DNA from: Eledone cirrhosa
Taxonomy: Eukaryota
DNA: 64,000 nucleotides
Assembly: GCA_964016885.1 (NCBI GenBank)
Contig: OZ024743.1
Location: forward strand, 214,892,001-214,956,000
Direction: 5' to 3'
This document shows, piece after piece, positions 26,608 through 40,741 of this stretch. The position numbers and the translations under genes were made by a program. The notes beneath the pieces are model-generated. The model was not told where the DNA came from and searched no databases. It worked only from the letters and a program-made list of their open reading frames with translations. Position 1 is the first letter of the stretch, and every line of letters starts with the position of its first letter.

Positions 26608-27058
26608 AGTTAAAAGAATAGAGGTGTAACACACAAGTTATTATATATTGGTAAACGGAATAGAAAATGCTGACAAATTGTTCACAGTTGAAAAATGGTT
26701 TAATTAGGAATAAAAGAGTATTAGTGATTGTATGGGTTAGTATTCAGTTGTGGTTTTAAGTTTTTAAGTTTTTACCGGTTGCGCATTTCTAAATGCTTTT
26801 CAAAAATAATTTTGAGATAGAGTGTCCGTGCTGTTTGCTCTGATCTGATTAGTTTTGGGAATTCTACCTGTTTTTATGTTAAACAAGTGGCCCCAGCGTT
26901 ATTTTTGTGTTGCAAAAATTCTTGTGGTCAAAACAATTTTGATTGGTCGGTAGAGGTCATGTGAATGTAAAAAGTTGATTTTGCGCCAAGACTGTTTTTA
27001 TGTTAAAAAAGTGGCTCCAGCAAAAATTCTTGGTCAAAACAATTTTGATTGGTCGGTA
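26608..27058. mobile_element. Non-coding dispersed repeat (parent of the 10.3-10.7 kb palindrome) with an internal duplication, bounded by (TA)n
   Basis: Near identity to 10305-10529; block tgtttttatgttaaa..gattggtcggta occurs twice. Confidence 0.8.
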
Positions 27059-27151
27059 TATATATATAGATATATATATATATATAAATGTATATCCATA
27101 TATATATAGAGAGAGAGAGAGAGGGATAGAAAGAGGGAGAACGGCATAGAA

Positions 27152-27252
<101 letters not shown>

Positions 27253-27258
27253 ACACAC

Positions 27259-27299
<41 letters not shown>

Positions 27300-27319
27300 C
27301 ACACACGCACACATATATA

Positions 27320-27480
27320 TAACGAAGGAAATGTGATAAGGAACCAGGTGGACCATAACGCACCAAAGTACTCAATACTTAGGGTAGTAGAGTGGGTAAT
27401 AGGAACGAGTAGGACCCCGACGGCTGAGCTCAAGCCGTTTCGATGGCTAATTCTGGACTAAATGAAATGTTTTATCCTGG
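27320..27480 (-). mobile_element. Short repeat family C copy with the 3' half of a hammerhead
   Basis: GAAAC-GGCUUGAGCUCAGCC-GUC at 27441-27419. Confidence 0.75.
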
Positions 27481-27482
27481 TA

Positions 27483-27522
<40 letters not shown>

Positions 27523-28029
27523 CGTGTGTGTTTGTGTATCTATGTGTACGTATTACATATAAAAGCGTGTATGTGAGAACGCATGAGTGTACTTGTGAGC
27601 GTATATAGATAGATGTATATATATAGTTTCATAGATTGATATAGAAACAGACATGCAGATATACACATATATAGATAGATAGAATTATACTATGTGTATG
27701 TTGTGAATATTAATATCTGCCTATACGTTTATACATATAATATGTCTATACAAACAGAAAAATAAATGAGAGGATAAAAGCTACAATTCTTTACGATTAA
27801 CAGTAAAATCTATTTCAAAGCAACAAATGTTGAAAGTTTTGCCAATATAATTTGTATCACCAAAATACTCTCTTTGATGTAAACAAAATATATAAATATA
27901 TTTCTACATAATACGTGTTGAAGCGTGATAAAATCAGCCATAAATGCATAGCTATATTTTATCTATTTTATGTAACCGCTGCAATCGGTTATTATGAGTA
28001 GTTTTACTATTATCATTATTTTTATTAAT

Positions 28030-28201
28030 TTTCTGAAGATTATTATCATTATTATTATTGTTGTTGCTGTTGTTGATGTCGTCGTCGTTGTTGTCGATGT
28101 TGTTGTTGTCATCCTAGTCACGAGTGCTGCTGCTATTGCTGCTGCTACTACTACTACTACTACTACTACTACTGCTGCTGCTACTACTACTACTGCTGCT
28201 G

Positions 28202-28232
<31 letters not shown>

Positions 28233-28235
28233 CAC
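28030..28235. repeat. Compound trinucleotide microsatellite (ATT/GTT/GTC/CTA/CTG)
   Basis: Seen directly. Confidence 0.95.
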
Positions 28236-29309
28236 TTTCAATCAGACAGTTGGCGGAGAACATTGTTATCCTTCGTTTCCAGAAGTGACCAGGCATGAGC
28301 TGTAGAGGTCACATATGTTTTCCTTCATGAAAAGGGAACTTGCGGAATTTTCCACTTTTTCTTCTCAGCCAACTGTACGAAAAATTCAAAATAGTTGCTT
28401 AAAAGTTTGATGCGAATGTAGTCGTCCCAGATGTCAATGTTCTGCCTTGCCTCCTGGTATACAACAACAAGCTTTCAGTCTGAAAGCTGCCAATCTATTT
28501 TCTCCGGTTACAGAATATAGCCACAACAAAAGCAATAGCCACAGCAACACACAAACACAATTAAAAGTAACACCAATTATATCGATGAAACCAAAAGTGT
28601 CATCATGTCTATAAAGCGCAACAAGAATAGTAGAAACTACAACAACACAACAACAACAACAAACAATTGAAATAAAACAATAGAATGTTAGCAACAACAA
28701 CAAACCTACCATAGCTACTTATGTTAGCCAGCGGGCTTACGAAAACATTAACAAAGAAAACTCCAATAATGACAACACAATTGGCAACCACAGCATCGCC
28801 ACCACCAAGAATGACAACAATAGTAGCGCAAAAAATGTAATTTGTCTTTTGCCAAATCAACCTTTATTTGGACATAAAAGTCCATTTAAAAACTATTGAA
28901 TTTAATAAAATATATTAACACGATATTATTCGGCCTGGAGCCATAGTGTTAATTGCAAAAGAAGTCAGTCACACCATCAGAAAAAACAAAAACAAAAAAA
29001 AATAACAGAGAATACAGATGTGTTCATATGAGAAGTTGGAGATTGGAATACGCCAATACCTTACAGGTAGAGTTGCAGCTGAGATAAAAATTGAATGCCA
29101 CATCCTACATGTAAATAGCAATGAGATACGGGATCATAGTGGAAGGTTTCCATAGTGAACAAGAAACTCGCAGTTTTTCTACCATCAGCTGCTCCCCACA
29201 ATAATATGTAATATTTCCTTTATATCTCGGAAAGAGAACACCAACATCTATGTATAAAATGTACCACTACAGAGTGAACAAGCCAGGTTTATATGCGGCA
29301 GGTAGTCAT

Positions 29310-29515
29310 GAATCGTTACGTTTTGAGTTTTAATCCCACTGTGGATAGCTTTGCTTTTCATCCTTACCAGTCCCGTACTTGTGTCGATTTAATCAATTTC
29401 TCCCCCCCCACCCCCACCCCCCAAATGGGTGGCCTTGTACCTATACAAGAAACCACTATTATTATTATTATTGCTAAGTTCAAATCCCGCCGAGGCTGCC
29501 TTTGCCTTTCATATA
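29310..29515 (+). mobile_element. Octopus-type SINE fragments
   Basis: ttttgagtttaatccc..ctttgcttttcatcc and aagttcaaatcccgccgagg; similar to copies at 37.8, 43.6 and 48.8 kb. Confidence 0.6.
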
Positions 29516-29539
29516 CAAGATTGTGTAGTTAATCGAGGA

Positions 29540-30913
29540 AAATGTTCATGCCTACCATGCAAATAAGTTTCGGTTTCTTCAAGAAGCTCCATCAGAGGCG
29601 TTCACTGAGAAACTTCAGGCATTGCAATGGAATACAAATTAATATAGATACACTCACAGAACATGATAAATGATGGATGAGACACGAATTTAAAATTACG
29701 CCACAAGGAAATGAAGTAAATATAAAATACAAATGCTCTTAGCTTTCAGATATTGGTGCATTATAAGGAATAATATTTCCAAATGTGCAGGAACTTATAC
29801 CAGATTAGTCCATGTGAATTTGAAACACACTTAGTATAATTAGTACTATGTTATCTGAAAATAATGTTGAAACATTACTAAATGTAAATACAAATTAGAT
29901 ATTCCCCGATGCTCGCATCTGAAAGCAATTTTCGAAAGGTTGCAAAATAATCAATTAACAGTTCTACACAAGAAACCTTTCCATTTCATAACTCTTTCCA
30001 AATGGGAAGAAATTTAATTAGCTTTTATAAGAATTAAATTAAAATAAGCTTAAAGCGGTTTGCCCGGTATAATGTGCACATCTTCCGTTTCTGCATACCT
30101 AAGGGAAAGGTAAATGTGTCTAGATGTCTTGCAGCTCTTGCTATATTTCATACACTCCTCTGTATATAAGTTAAATGCAGAATAATTAGTTAAAACACTG
30201 TTATTTTACACAAAGAAGATACGGAGCCGATCACCGGGTCTCCATAAGAATACATAGTTAATATGAAAAAGAAGTTGTCATTGGCGATACAGGTTTCAAT
30301 TCCTCTTAACAGCTGTGTTATGGTATCTCTGTGCCTGATCACATCATTTTGTAATATTAACTTTATAACCTTTAAATAGATTGGTGTTGAAAATGTCGGT
30401 ATCTGTATGTACGCTGCTCGGCTCCCAATGTTAACAGTATGTTGTTGTCTTTTGTAAATGGCAATATGCGTTATCCTTTATTTCTTCAGCAGTCAAAAAT
30501 GATTTGTACAATTAATACATTTATGGGACCAGTGTTATGACACATGAAGTCTTGCCCAATTTTCATAAGAGCTACAAGACTGCGTCGAAAAATAAATATA
30601 CGTTTAGTTTAGACGTAATTTGCATCTACACTTCTGTCATAACTGCCATAGGTTTAATGACAGACAACTTCATCGACTTTACCGACCTGCAAAATACAAG
30701 ATGGACTAGCAATAAAGTCCAGAAAGAAGAGGAGTCACAAAAGAGATCAGAAAGATATTGAGGGGGAAAAAGTATGTGTGCTGAAAAGATTTTGAAGAGC
30801 TAATGAATAACTAGAAATACGGGCAATAATACCAAACCCCGATCTATCAATATCAGTTTCAATACCCTATTTCATATCAGAAAGCTTCCAAAGCACAACC
30901 ACACACATACTTT

Positions 30914-30976
<63 letters not shown>

Positions 30977-32300
30977 TCACCTATCGTTTATTTGAAGAAA
31001 TTTCTTAGACACTGTAGTACGCTGATTGCTTTTGCAATACTAGACGCATGCCATACTACAAGTTCAAAATCAACAAATACTTCTGAAGCAGAGATTGGCG
31101 GAGAGACGTTGAGACAGATGAAAAGATAGTGAGATAAATACATAGATAGATAGATTGATAGATAGAGAGAGAGGAGGAAAGACAAGAGAGGGAGGGAGAG
31201 AGAGAGAGAGTACATTTGAAAGTGAAAGAATGATTGACAGGGGAACGTAGACTTTCGTCTTACGATTTACTGTGAAACAGTTTTATATTTATAATTCATA
31301 GGTACCATGTTAACGAATGCAATCAATTTGATATAGACATTTCTTGTTAATGTCAGCGTTACGAAGTAATATTAAAAATAAAAACACACTAAAGATTATC
31401 GCAATTATTCTCTTTACCCAATCCTCTCACAGAATATTTCAATGAAATTAGTATCTTTCAAATCTGCTTCTAAAGTTTGGATAAAACTGTATAAAATATT
31501 GTTATGGGTGCAAGAATACTGAAAGATTTCATATCAGAAATCATGGCAAATCAACATGCAGAATATTTAAGAACCAATTATCAACAGAAAATAATGAATA
31601 TTTTACAAAAAGTATTATCTTCCATATGACACACTAATATTTCATTTCGATTAATTGGAATAATATAATTAATGTTGCAGTACATAGTTAACTTATAGAA
31701 ATTGGAGTTGTGTAGCAAGAATTTCTGAAATATTATATTAGTTAAAACAGAAACTTTTGAATAATAGAAATAATAAACGGACGGTGCTCCAAGAAAATGA
31801 ACGCATTTCAAAAGACTTCATTCTTTTGTGTCATATAATTCAAATCGTGTAGCCAAGTTGAAAAGCAACTTTGTTAATTTCCTAATTAAATGTTTAAGAA
31901 CAGATGAAATCGATAATTATTTTCGCATGGTAATATTGTGAAGACAGCCGATGGCTAAATATGTTCAATTAAATTACATTGGTCATGTTCTTAGTTCAAA
32001 CCTGGTCGAAATCAACTACAGCCACTGGCATTATGCATTGAGACAATATAGGAAGATCAATGCTAGATACGCCCTAGGGAGAAATCTTCATTTGCAAACA
32101 CTAAAAGTGAACATTTCTTTAATTTGCAATGACATATATTCGAAATAAAATCCTGTGGAGAAGAATCCACGAAGTCAAAGATATGCAAGCAAGTAAGAAC
32201 CTAAAAACATCGGATTCTAATGAAAGATAAATGCAATGTAAGATCAATTCTGTACAAAGTTATTACACCTGTTATTTCCAGCTATGCAGGGAGCAGGGAA
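29540..32300 (-). pseudogene. Decayed LRR segments
   Basis: SLESDVFRFL (about 32194-32223), TLYRIDLT, LTNIIFQK..HMEDNTFCK (31581-31811), TNLFKGY (about 30365-30385). Confidence 0.45.
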
Positions 32301-33174
32301 CGATAACCTTATATGACAAAATAACCTTTTAAACAACGATATTACTCAATTACCGACTTATGGAAACAGTGGCAAAATAAGAGGACGGGAACGTTACTGG
32401 CAAACAGAATATGGTGACTGATAAACAATGGAATTCTAGACAAGATTAAATGGAATCTGCTAAGCAAATCAGATTTATAAATTAAATGACGAAAGCAAAT
32501 TCACTTAGAACGTTTCAAATAAATACCTGTACACAAAAAATGAGGTATTTACAGGCAGTTCGCATATAAGTCTACATCACTTGTCAGCATGGACTTATAC
32601 ATGCACCCTCAGCAAACACTACTAATTTTACATGCGGCTTCATCATATAAGTTCCTCAGACGCCCATACGCATATCCCGATTTAACATAATAGAGTGTAA
32701 ATACATAAATCTCTATGCATAATATGCACATAAATACACACACACATACTCAGACAAATAACGACACGTACACTATTAACAATACACAGCACCCAACATC
32801 TTAATGATAACACGCTTAAACTACAATAATCTATATAATATTAGAGGCAGAAAACATATCGATATACAATCTTTAAAAATAATCCATAAATTTAACATAA
32901 TCATACAGACACTCATGTTATTCATCCTGAAAAGTAAAACCACTATGTTATTAATTCCAATGTCTTGACGAGATATAAAACGAAGTAACATTGGCAATCG
33001 TATTTTCTTACATAAAGTATAAGCAACACCTAGTGTGCATCATGTCCCCTTGTCATATAGAGATCTAGGCTTGAAACCTTAGATGGCAAGCAATATTATT
33101 CATTACTTACAAATATTGACTGCCATCTAATGTTTCAAGCAAACATACACACACGCACACACTCACACAAACCT

Positions 33175-33209
<35 letters not shown>

Positions 33210-33562
33210 TTTTCTCCTAGTTTATTTTACACCTAATTCTGTTTAGTTGACTATAGCTGGGCGATTACGCTGTCGAAACATTCGATAGATATTCCGCTAC
33301 GGCCGACGCGAAGCGCTAGATTCGGTTATTTGTCGGAGATTTCTTCATAGAACCCTCATTCTTATAGCCTGGTCTATTCGATTTTTTATATGGTTAATTA
33401 TGCTAATTGGGAGAGGAAATAGTATATATTTTATCTTGTGATTATATAGACATGTTTTATGATATATAGCTCTGATTGTTTAATTTATAAATTTTTCATT
33501 CAGCCACAAAGTGACCAGTTGCAAAACACGTATATGTATATGTATGTATATATATATGTAAA

Positions 33563-33619
<57 letters not shown>

Positions 33620-34759
33620 TAGTTAAGGAAATCAAGACCACTAGCGCACATTGAAGACATTAGTCGAAAAGTATCAACATTGAGTGCAGTTTAGGGGGTA
33701 ATAATGTCAGTTTACAATTGTTTCACTACTCCATATAATGTTTCTGGATCAATCGATGGTAATATCTTTATTGATTTGGTGCAGAGAAAGATAGTTAACA
33801 TAGAATAATATTATGGAGCAGCTCCTCAGAACTTTCAGTTAGATAATGAAAATATGATTATGTATAAAGTAGAAATAACATAAAATAAAATAAGAGGGTT
33901 ACGTGTCCCTAAATAATCGTCAGATTAGCAGGTCCCTAGCACAGGAACATTCAAGTGTATGTTATAAAGAACCGCTACATATCTGTCGAGGCTGAAAGTA
34001 AGCAATGCCGCCAAACGCACACCAAGATGGCTTCTTGTAGGGAAATAACCTTATTGTACAGAGATGGGTTGCAAGGGAGGCAACTCCTTGAAGATCCAAA
34101 TGCGACAATGAGATTTGTAACTAAGATAATGTCAAAGATGTAGCTTATAGGTAAAGTTATAATGAGATATGTCACTAAGATAAGGCGGGGATGTAACATA
34201 TAGGTGTTTACGCGGTGGACTAAATAGGTTTTAGTTTGTTAGTTATAGGGAGGAGCGTGGTTAACAGATAGGCTAAGGAGAGTAAAATGTTCTGTTAGCG
34301 AAGGAACTCGCTCTGCGGTGGTGGCAGTTGATCACTAACTCATTCCTGTCATTTATGGGGGTGGCCTTGACAGAGTTACAGAGTTATGTAATAGGCCTCA
34401 GTGAGACAGAGATCGCAACAAGTTCTTCTCTCGTTAATTGCTGGAGGTTTAGCCAATATAACCCAAGTTAGTGAGTGTTCAATGTTGGCCAGTTTAAGGT
34501 TGTTAAAGAGTCTAGCTAGAGAAGTAGAGCATCTATGGCCAGGGTCGCGGAAGGAAAATGAGTGCGCGTTATATCGAACCTTAAAAGGGTTAGATGTAGA
34601 GCCAATATATGAGCTAGTAGATGAGGCCGTTCTAAAGGTGCACCTATATACGATATTGAGTGTAAGGCACTGCCCGTTAAACAGGCATGCAGTGGGGTTA
34701 CGGCAGTTGCAATTGGGATTGCAATTAGTGGGAGCAGGGTTGTTTAAGCTGTGCTGCTG

Positions 34760-34762
<3 letters not shown>
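33620..34762 (-). mobile_element. PLE 3' fragment (Naiad-like GIY-YIG plus 3' UTR with HHR)
   Basis: CNCRNPTACLFNGQCLTLNIVYRC..SYIGSTSNPFKVRYNAH..CDLCLTEA. Confidence 0.9.
33709..33833 (-). ncRNA. Type I hammerhead ribozyme, canonical core, 76-nt loop II
   Basis: AGUU-CUGAGGA-GCUGCUCCAUA..76 nt..UAUGGAGUAGU-GAAA-CAAUUGUA-AACU; same strand as and downstream of the GIY-YIG ORF. Confidence 0.8.
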
Positions 34763-34812
<50 letters not shown>

Positions 34813-36468
34813 CATATTTCATACATAAATACATCTAAACATATAAAAGTGGGGAGATGGTAACGCAAGGATAACAGAAAGAACAGGGGAAACTGGGGAT
34901 TGTCGTGTGTCAAAAAAGGTGGCGTGCAAGACAAAGGTTGTGTAAGATAGGAGACCAGAGAAAGCAAATGTAGCGATAAGGAAATACATTATTTTAACAG
35001 TAGAATGATTGGGGAAACGTGAAACAAAAACAGTACCAAGAAAGAATGGAATGAATGGACAGTATAAACGAAACCTAAGAGAATGAGAAAAGCAATAACG
35101 TAGAAAAATAGTACATTATAAAGAAAATTAGAGCAAACAATGAGAAAGCAAAAAAGGAGAACAAGAGAAGAGAACGACCGAAGGAATTCAAGTGCGTGCG
35201 AAGAACAAAGCACGTTGAAAGTAAGTGTCAAATGAAAGGGAAATGAACGTCAAGAGAAAAAATCGAAATGTAAATGTATCTTCTAATCTTGTATAAATAT
35301 GTCATACTTGGTTCTAATTATAACGGTTCTCTCCTTGCGGCTGTATATGGAATTAAGTTTAAGGAGAAAGGGATCCTAACATGAATACTCACACAATTCA
35401 TATAGTATTTTTGTGTCCAGTCATCAAAGGGATATTTAATATTTAAAAAACTTATTTTGTAGCTCTTTTTGAAGTAGTTGTTATTGTTCTCGTTGTCACT
35501 TCGTTTGGGTTAATATTACATCGTTAGAAAGTGAGAAATAAGATGATTGTTTTAATCACTCCTCTCTATACTAGCACTAATCTACCATGAACAATGAAAG
35601 TATGTCATACAATTACGGATGGGTAAATATATATTAATCACATACTGTATTCGAATGAATTAACCATAGACAATCCTACACAAATAATCATTATATGTGA
35701 AAGCTTCTTAAATGCAATCTCGCATAAACATTTTAATCCGCACCGTCCTTACGATACATTTCTAAATATTCCGAAGACGGTTTATGTTTGATTAATTTGC
35801 ATTCAGTACTTCATGGATTTTGCATAACCTATATTTGATATAAAATTTAATATTTTGCAACAAGGTACCGCAACGTCGTATTCTTCCGTAGCATGTATGA
35901 TTCTGATAATAGCAACTAGTATCTTAATGATGTTAATTTCCAGGACTGTAAACATTTTCGTCATTCAGCAGTCCCACCAGAGTATATATTAGAAGTTGTT
36001 AGCTTTTAAACACGGTGCGCTAGGGTTAGCCGGTCTCACGGTTTAATTACATGGTGCATCGTAGTCACTAAAGATAAAAAGGAAGACAGGCAGATACTAG
36101 CTAGTCAACGTAGTGTTTTACTGGTGATCAACTTTGGTAGCGTAAAGTTAAAATTGATCGTCTTTATTTAAGCTCAGATTCAAGTGAGTAAGAACAGAAA
36201 TCACGCTAATGAATATCCCTCCCATATTGTAGAGACATGTCAACGATAAAATTGAAAACAACTTCGGAGTGATACATTGAGTAGCTACCTTATTAAAAAG
36301 ATGGTAGTACCTCAGTGGCATTTGAAGTAAAACCTTAAGATCAGTAACAAATAAGTCACGAAATTTCGTCCGGTAGTCTACTGTATCCCTAAATTCATAT
36401 CATTTCTATCGAATCAATGCAGTTCGCTTTATTTATGTGATTACAAGAGCATTAGCAGCTAGGATGTA

Positions 36469-38300
36469 TCAGTAAAGTGAAAGGGTGGAGGAAAGCAGAA
36501 TTGATAGTGCTGCAGACAAAAGCATGTGTGATATAGTATTAAAAATATGTATGATTTTATAGCAAATCTGACAGCGCTTAATAAAAAAATATATAATTAT
36601 CACAGCGACTCGGACGAATTCCATGATACGAGCTTTTTTTCCATATGAATTCGTGATCTTGTTTGAGAGATAGTTATACTCTATAGTGGAATCTGTAAAA
36701 GTAACTTGGCGTATTTTATAGAAGAGGTAGTATAATCTTAATAAGAAGAAATATAACATATTAAATGAAAACTCCCCAACTTTGACATCAATAGTTCTGT
36801 TCACAGTTGGATTAATATTACTTGGTCACGAATTAATTTATATGCCTTCCGCATAATAATACATATATAAATGTGTAACTTTGCTAGTTTCCTTCTCAAA
36901 ATATCACACACTTCGTGCTTGTGAAATTGTATTGATTTCTAAATTTGACACTGCGTTGGGCATTTTCATGATAGTATATTATCATGTTATCAACGTTAGA
37001 TGAAATGTCAAACAGACGGACATTTATCGTAAGACAGCCATCGTTGTTCAGTGAATTGATTACACACAGGTCGTATTCGGGCACTGCCTTGATCCAGCGG
37101 ATCATATTAAGCCTCACCTATCATTTTCAGGCCCAGAACATGTTTAATGATCTCTTTTTATCGAACCACTAATATGCAGGTCTTTGATACACACATGGCT
37201 TTGGGCACACATAAACACATGTGCGCACTCACACAGTCATACATGTACGTATGAACAATTGTTGTTGTTGTTGATGAAAGCCCATCAGTTTTACGACGAG
37301 TATTCAAGTTGTTTAATTATCGGAAAAGACTGCATGACGAATTGATATGAATGTGGTTGAGCATTCCACAGCTATGTGTACTTGTAACATAAATCACATA
37401 GACATTCAGAGGGACAGAGTATGTGACCAGGGAGACTCTTTGCATTACAGTTACAGTGTGTGTATTATAATGTAAGGTTCACCATGACACGATATTCGAA
37501 TTGTCAAGCCGTTTTAATTACTGATAGATCTCATGTTAGCACAATCAGTGGACTGGAGCAGCATGAGCTAATTAATTTTGTTCAAGGACACAGCGTGCCA
37601 CAGGGAATGCAATCCATGACCTTACAGCTGGACGCCGAATATTCTAACATGTTTAAACACACATGCGGAAACACATAGATATTACTAATGATATCACTGC
37701 CATCTCCATGATGTTGGAAAAGATACTCCCGTATATAGCTAATATTGTAACTGCTTCTAATTTGCTATTCACAACATTTAGTAACAATGACTTCTTTAAT
37801 CAATAATAATTGTTTCTACTTTAGGCAGAAGGCCAGCAGATACTAGTACATTACTGGTACTTTATTTTATCGACCCTGTAAGGATGAAAGGCAAAGGTAA
37901 CCTCGGCGGGATTTGAACTCAGACGGAAAACGGACGTAACTATGCTAGAATGCATGGCGTCCAACCCTCTACCGATACTGCCAATTCAATAATGATTTCT
38001 AGCATTAATAATAGTAGGACATTTATAGGTGGTGTCAAAATGTATAAACCTACCGCCGAATTGTTTTAGAGATCCGTCACTCGGATTACGTAATGACACC
38101 ATTTGCGACGAGATGTCCAACTTTTCACAGTATAGAAGACAGACGTTAAAAGTTGATCGTAAAGTGTATATTTATGTATATATTTATGCATTTCTTATTT
38201 CAAAATATCTCCATTGTACAACGCCCTTATTGCTGAGGCTACGAAGAAATGCATCAGATGCAATCTGCAGTGAGCAGAAACGTGTGTACGAAAACGCGGC
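36469..38300 (-). pseudogene. Decayed LRR segments interrupted by SINEs
   Basis: LQIASDAFL (about 38244-38270), EKLDISS (about 38107-38126), VRLFDISSN, EFSFNML, YLSNKITN. Confidence 0.5.
37805..37985 (-). mobile_element. Octopus-type SINE
   Basis: actggtacttt..tcgacccc..aaggatgaaaggcaaag..acctcggcgggatttgaactcag. Confidence 0.8.
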
Positions 38301-38529
38301 CCCGGCACCAATTGAAAGTTCAATGGCATCGATTGATTATTTACCTGATCTGTCACAACACGTAGAGCCGAAGCTGATGTAATGGATATATATCTTTGGA
38401 TTCCATACCATCGTGAATGTATATATGCTCTCTATAAGCAGTTAAATAGGTCGTTGACAGTTCGAATATTTCCGGGTATCAGGCAACTTGAAAATCTATG
38501 GGACGAACCCCATTATATATATATATATA

Positions 38530-38670
38530 TAACGAAGGAACTGTGGTAAAGAACCAGATGGACCATAACGCACCAGAGTACTCACTACTTAGGGTAGTAA
38601 TATGGGTAATAGTCCAGAATTAGCCGTCAAAACGGCTTGAGCTCTGCCGTCGGGGTCATACTTGTTCCTC
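38530..38670. mobile_element. Short repeat family C, internally inverted copy
   Basis: 38530-38611 in minus orientation is joined to 38612-38670 in plus orientation. Confidence 0.7.
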
Positions 38671-38697
38671 TATATATATATATATATATATATATAG

Positions 38698-39455
38698 ACT
38701 CTTGTTATACCCTGTAAATTATATGCTCATAGGAACGATTCTATTTCAGTCAATAATTTCCTGGCGAAACAGATCTATTTGGATTTGCACGCGTGTGTTA
38801 TATAGTTATAGAGGTCCGTATATGCATTTCAATTAATATTTATACTTACTGTGTGTCTACCCTGCCTTCCATAGGTTATAGATTCCATACACTAGTGGTT
38901 TTCCATGGTTTATTGATGGTAGACGATCTCTATATCACTCTAGTGTGTTACCCTTTCAACATATTGTATTTTAAAGAGCTCAGGATTCCTTTTCCTTTGA
39001 GCATATACTTTACAGGGAATAACGAGAGTCTATGGCTCCGTTAATTTATCGTGATATTTCGCTCCTTATAACAGTCTTTCCTCTCTCTCTGTTTGGTTGA
39101 GCATATTTCTTTGAGTGGTTTTTGGGCTGCCCTTTCTAGCAGCTCGTCCCTCAGGAACCACTGATTCACAGTCTTACGCAAGCTGTCACATCTCTCTGCC
39201 GCGTGTTGCTGGACGGTTGTCTTAGATTTTCTTAGAGTTGTCTGGAATCTATCACCTTACACACGCTGATGACCAATAGACGATTCCATTTCAGTCAACA
39301 ACTTCCTGGCGAAACAGGTCTATTTGTATTTGTACGCGTGTGTAGAGGTGCGTATATGCATTTCAATTTATATTTTTAATTATTGTGTGTCTACCTTGCC
39401 TTCGAGAGGTTATAGATTCCATACACTGGTGGTTTCCCTGATTTATTGATGGCAC
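38698..39455 (+). mobile_element. Non-coding element with ~180-bp direct repeats (period about 545 bp) carrying a hammerhead; retrozyme/pLTR-like
   Basis: About 38734-38920 is repeated at about 39280-39452; (TA)n lies on both sides; no credible ORF. Confidence 0.75.
39259..39341 (+). ncRNA. Type I hammerhead ribozyme
   Basis: ACACACG-CUGAUGA-CCA..UGG-C-GAAA-CAGG..UUUGU-A-CGCGUGU; predicted cleavage after A39334. Confidence 0.7.
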
Positions 39456-39491
39456 ACAAACTCCCCCTCTCTCTCTAGTGTGTTAGCCTTT

Positions 39492-39554
<63 letters not shown>

Positions 39555-39668
39555 TGTGTGTGTGTCTATACATGTATGTGTATATATATATACACACACA
39601 TACATGTCGATCAAACCCGGAACTCAATCTCTCTCTCTCCCTCTCTCTCTCTCTTTCACTTTCTCTCT

Positions 39669-39747
<79 letters not shown>

Positions 39748-39759
39748 ATTCTATTGGTA

Positions 39760-39807
<48 letters not shown>

Positions 39808-40318
39808 CTGTATTATTAATAGACAATACGCGTTGGTGGTCGTCAAAAATTAACCATGAATTTGATAAAGATGGATGTAATAAAAAAATAATATCATTTC
39901 ATATAACGGATACAATAATAAGCGCATACGCATTGGGAAAACGCATTGGACATATATCTAATGAGTTAGCAAAGTAATAATATAAATAATGTATATTTAA
40001 AAAAGATAAATCCTGCAGTACAAAACATTTTACATGTTAAGCAATTTAAAAAGCTTGCTTATTGCACACAATAAATTAGAAATGAACGCATCACATGAAA
40101 AACAGGAAGAAATCATTCATTTCGCAAGACATCTATATCACTATCAGAGGGCGTTTCCAGCTTCTTCGGCGAAATTATATTAAAGTCTTAACAAGCCTCT
40201 TGTTCAGTTGATTAAAGAACTATTGAAAATATATCAAAACGTTTTTGCTCATACAATCCCAGAATATACTTAAGCAAATCACAATACCTACATGTGAGCA
40301 TATATATGTATCTATGCC

Positions 40319-40349
<31 letters not shown>

Positions 40350-40377
40350 AACACACACATACATACACATGCACCTC

Positions 40378-40427
<50 letters not shown>

Positions 40428-40491
40428 TTTATATATATATATAGAGGTGCATGTGTTTGTATGTGTCTGTTTATATACGCGATCGTGCGTA

Positions 40492-40554
<63 letters not shown>

Positions 40555-40741
40555 GCATACACGCATTTCTATGTAACACCATCTTGTGTGCATATGTTTT
40601 GTTGTGAGAATCTTTGAATTACCACAATATTGGTAATGAGGTTTAAGAAGAGAAATATAAATACTGAACTACAGAAAATATACATTAAATTGGGCATATA
40701 TGGGGAGCAATTCATCTGTAGATATATTTCTCCAATTATAC

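Noticed and set aside
33646-33690. Plus-strand TTGAAGA..GAAA next to the real minus-strand HHR
   Set aside because: Stem II overlaps the core and stems I and III do not form convincingly.
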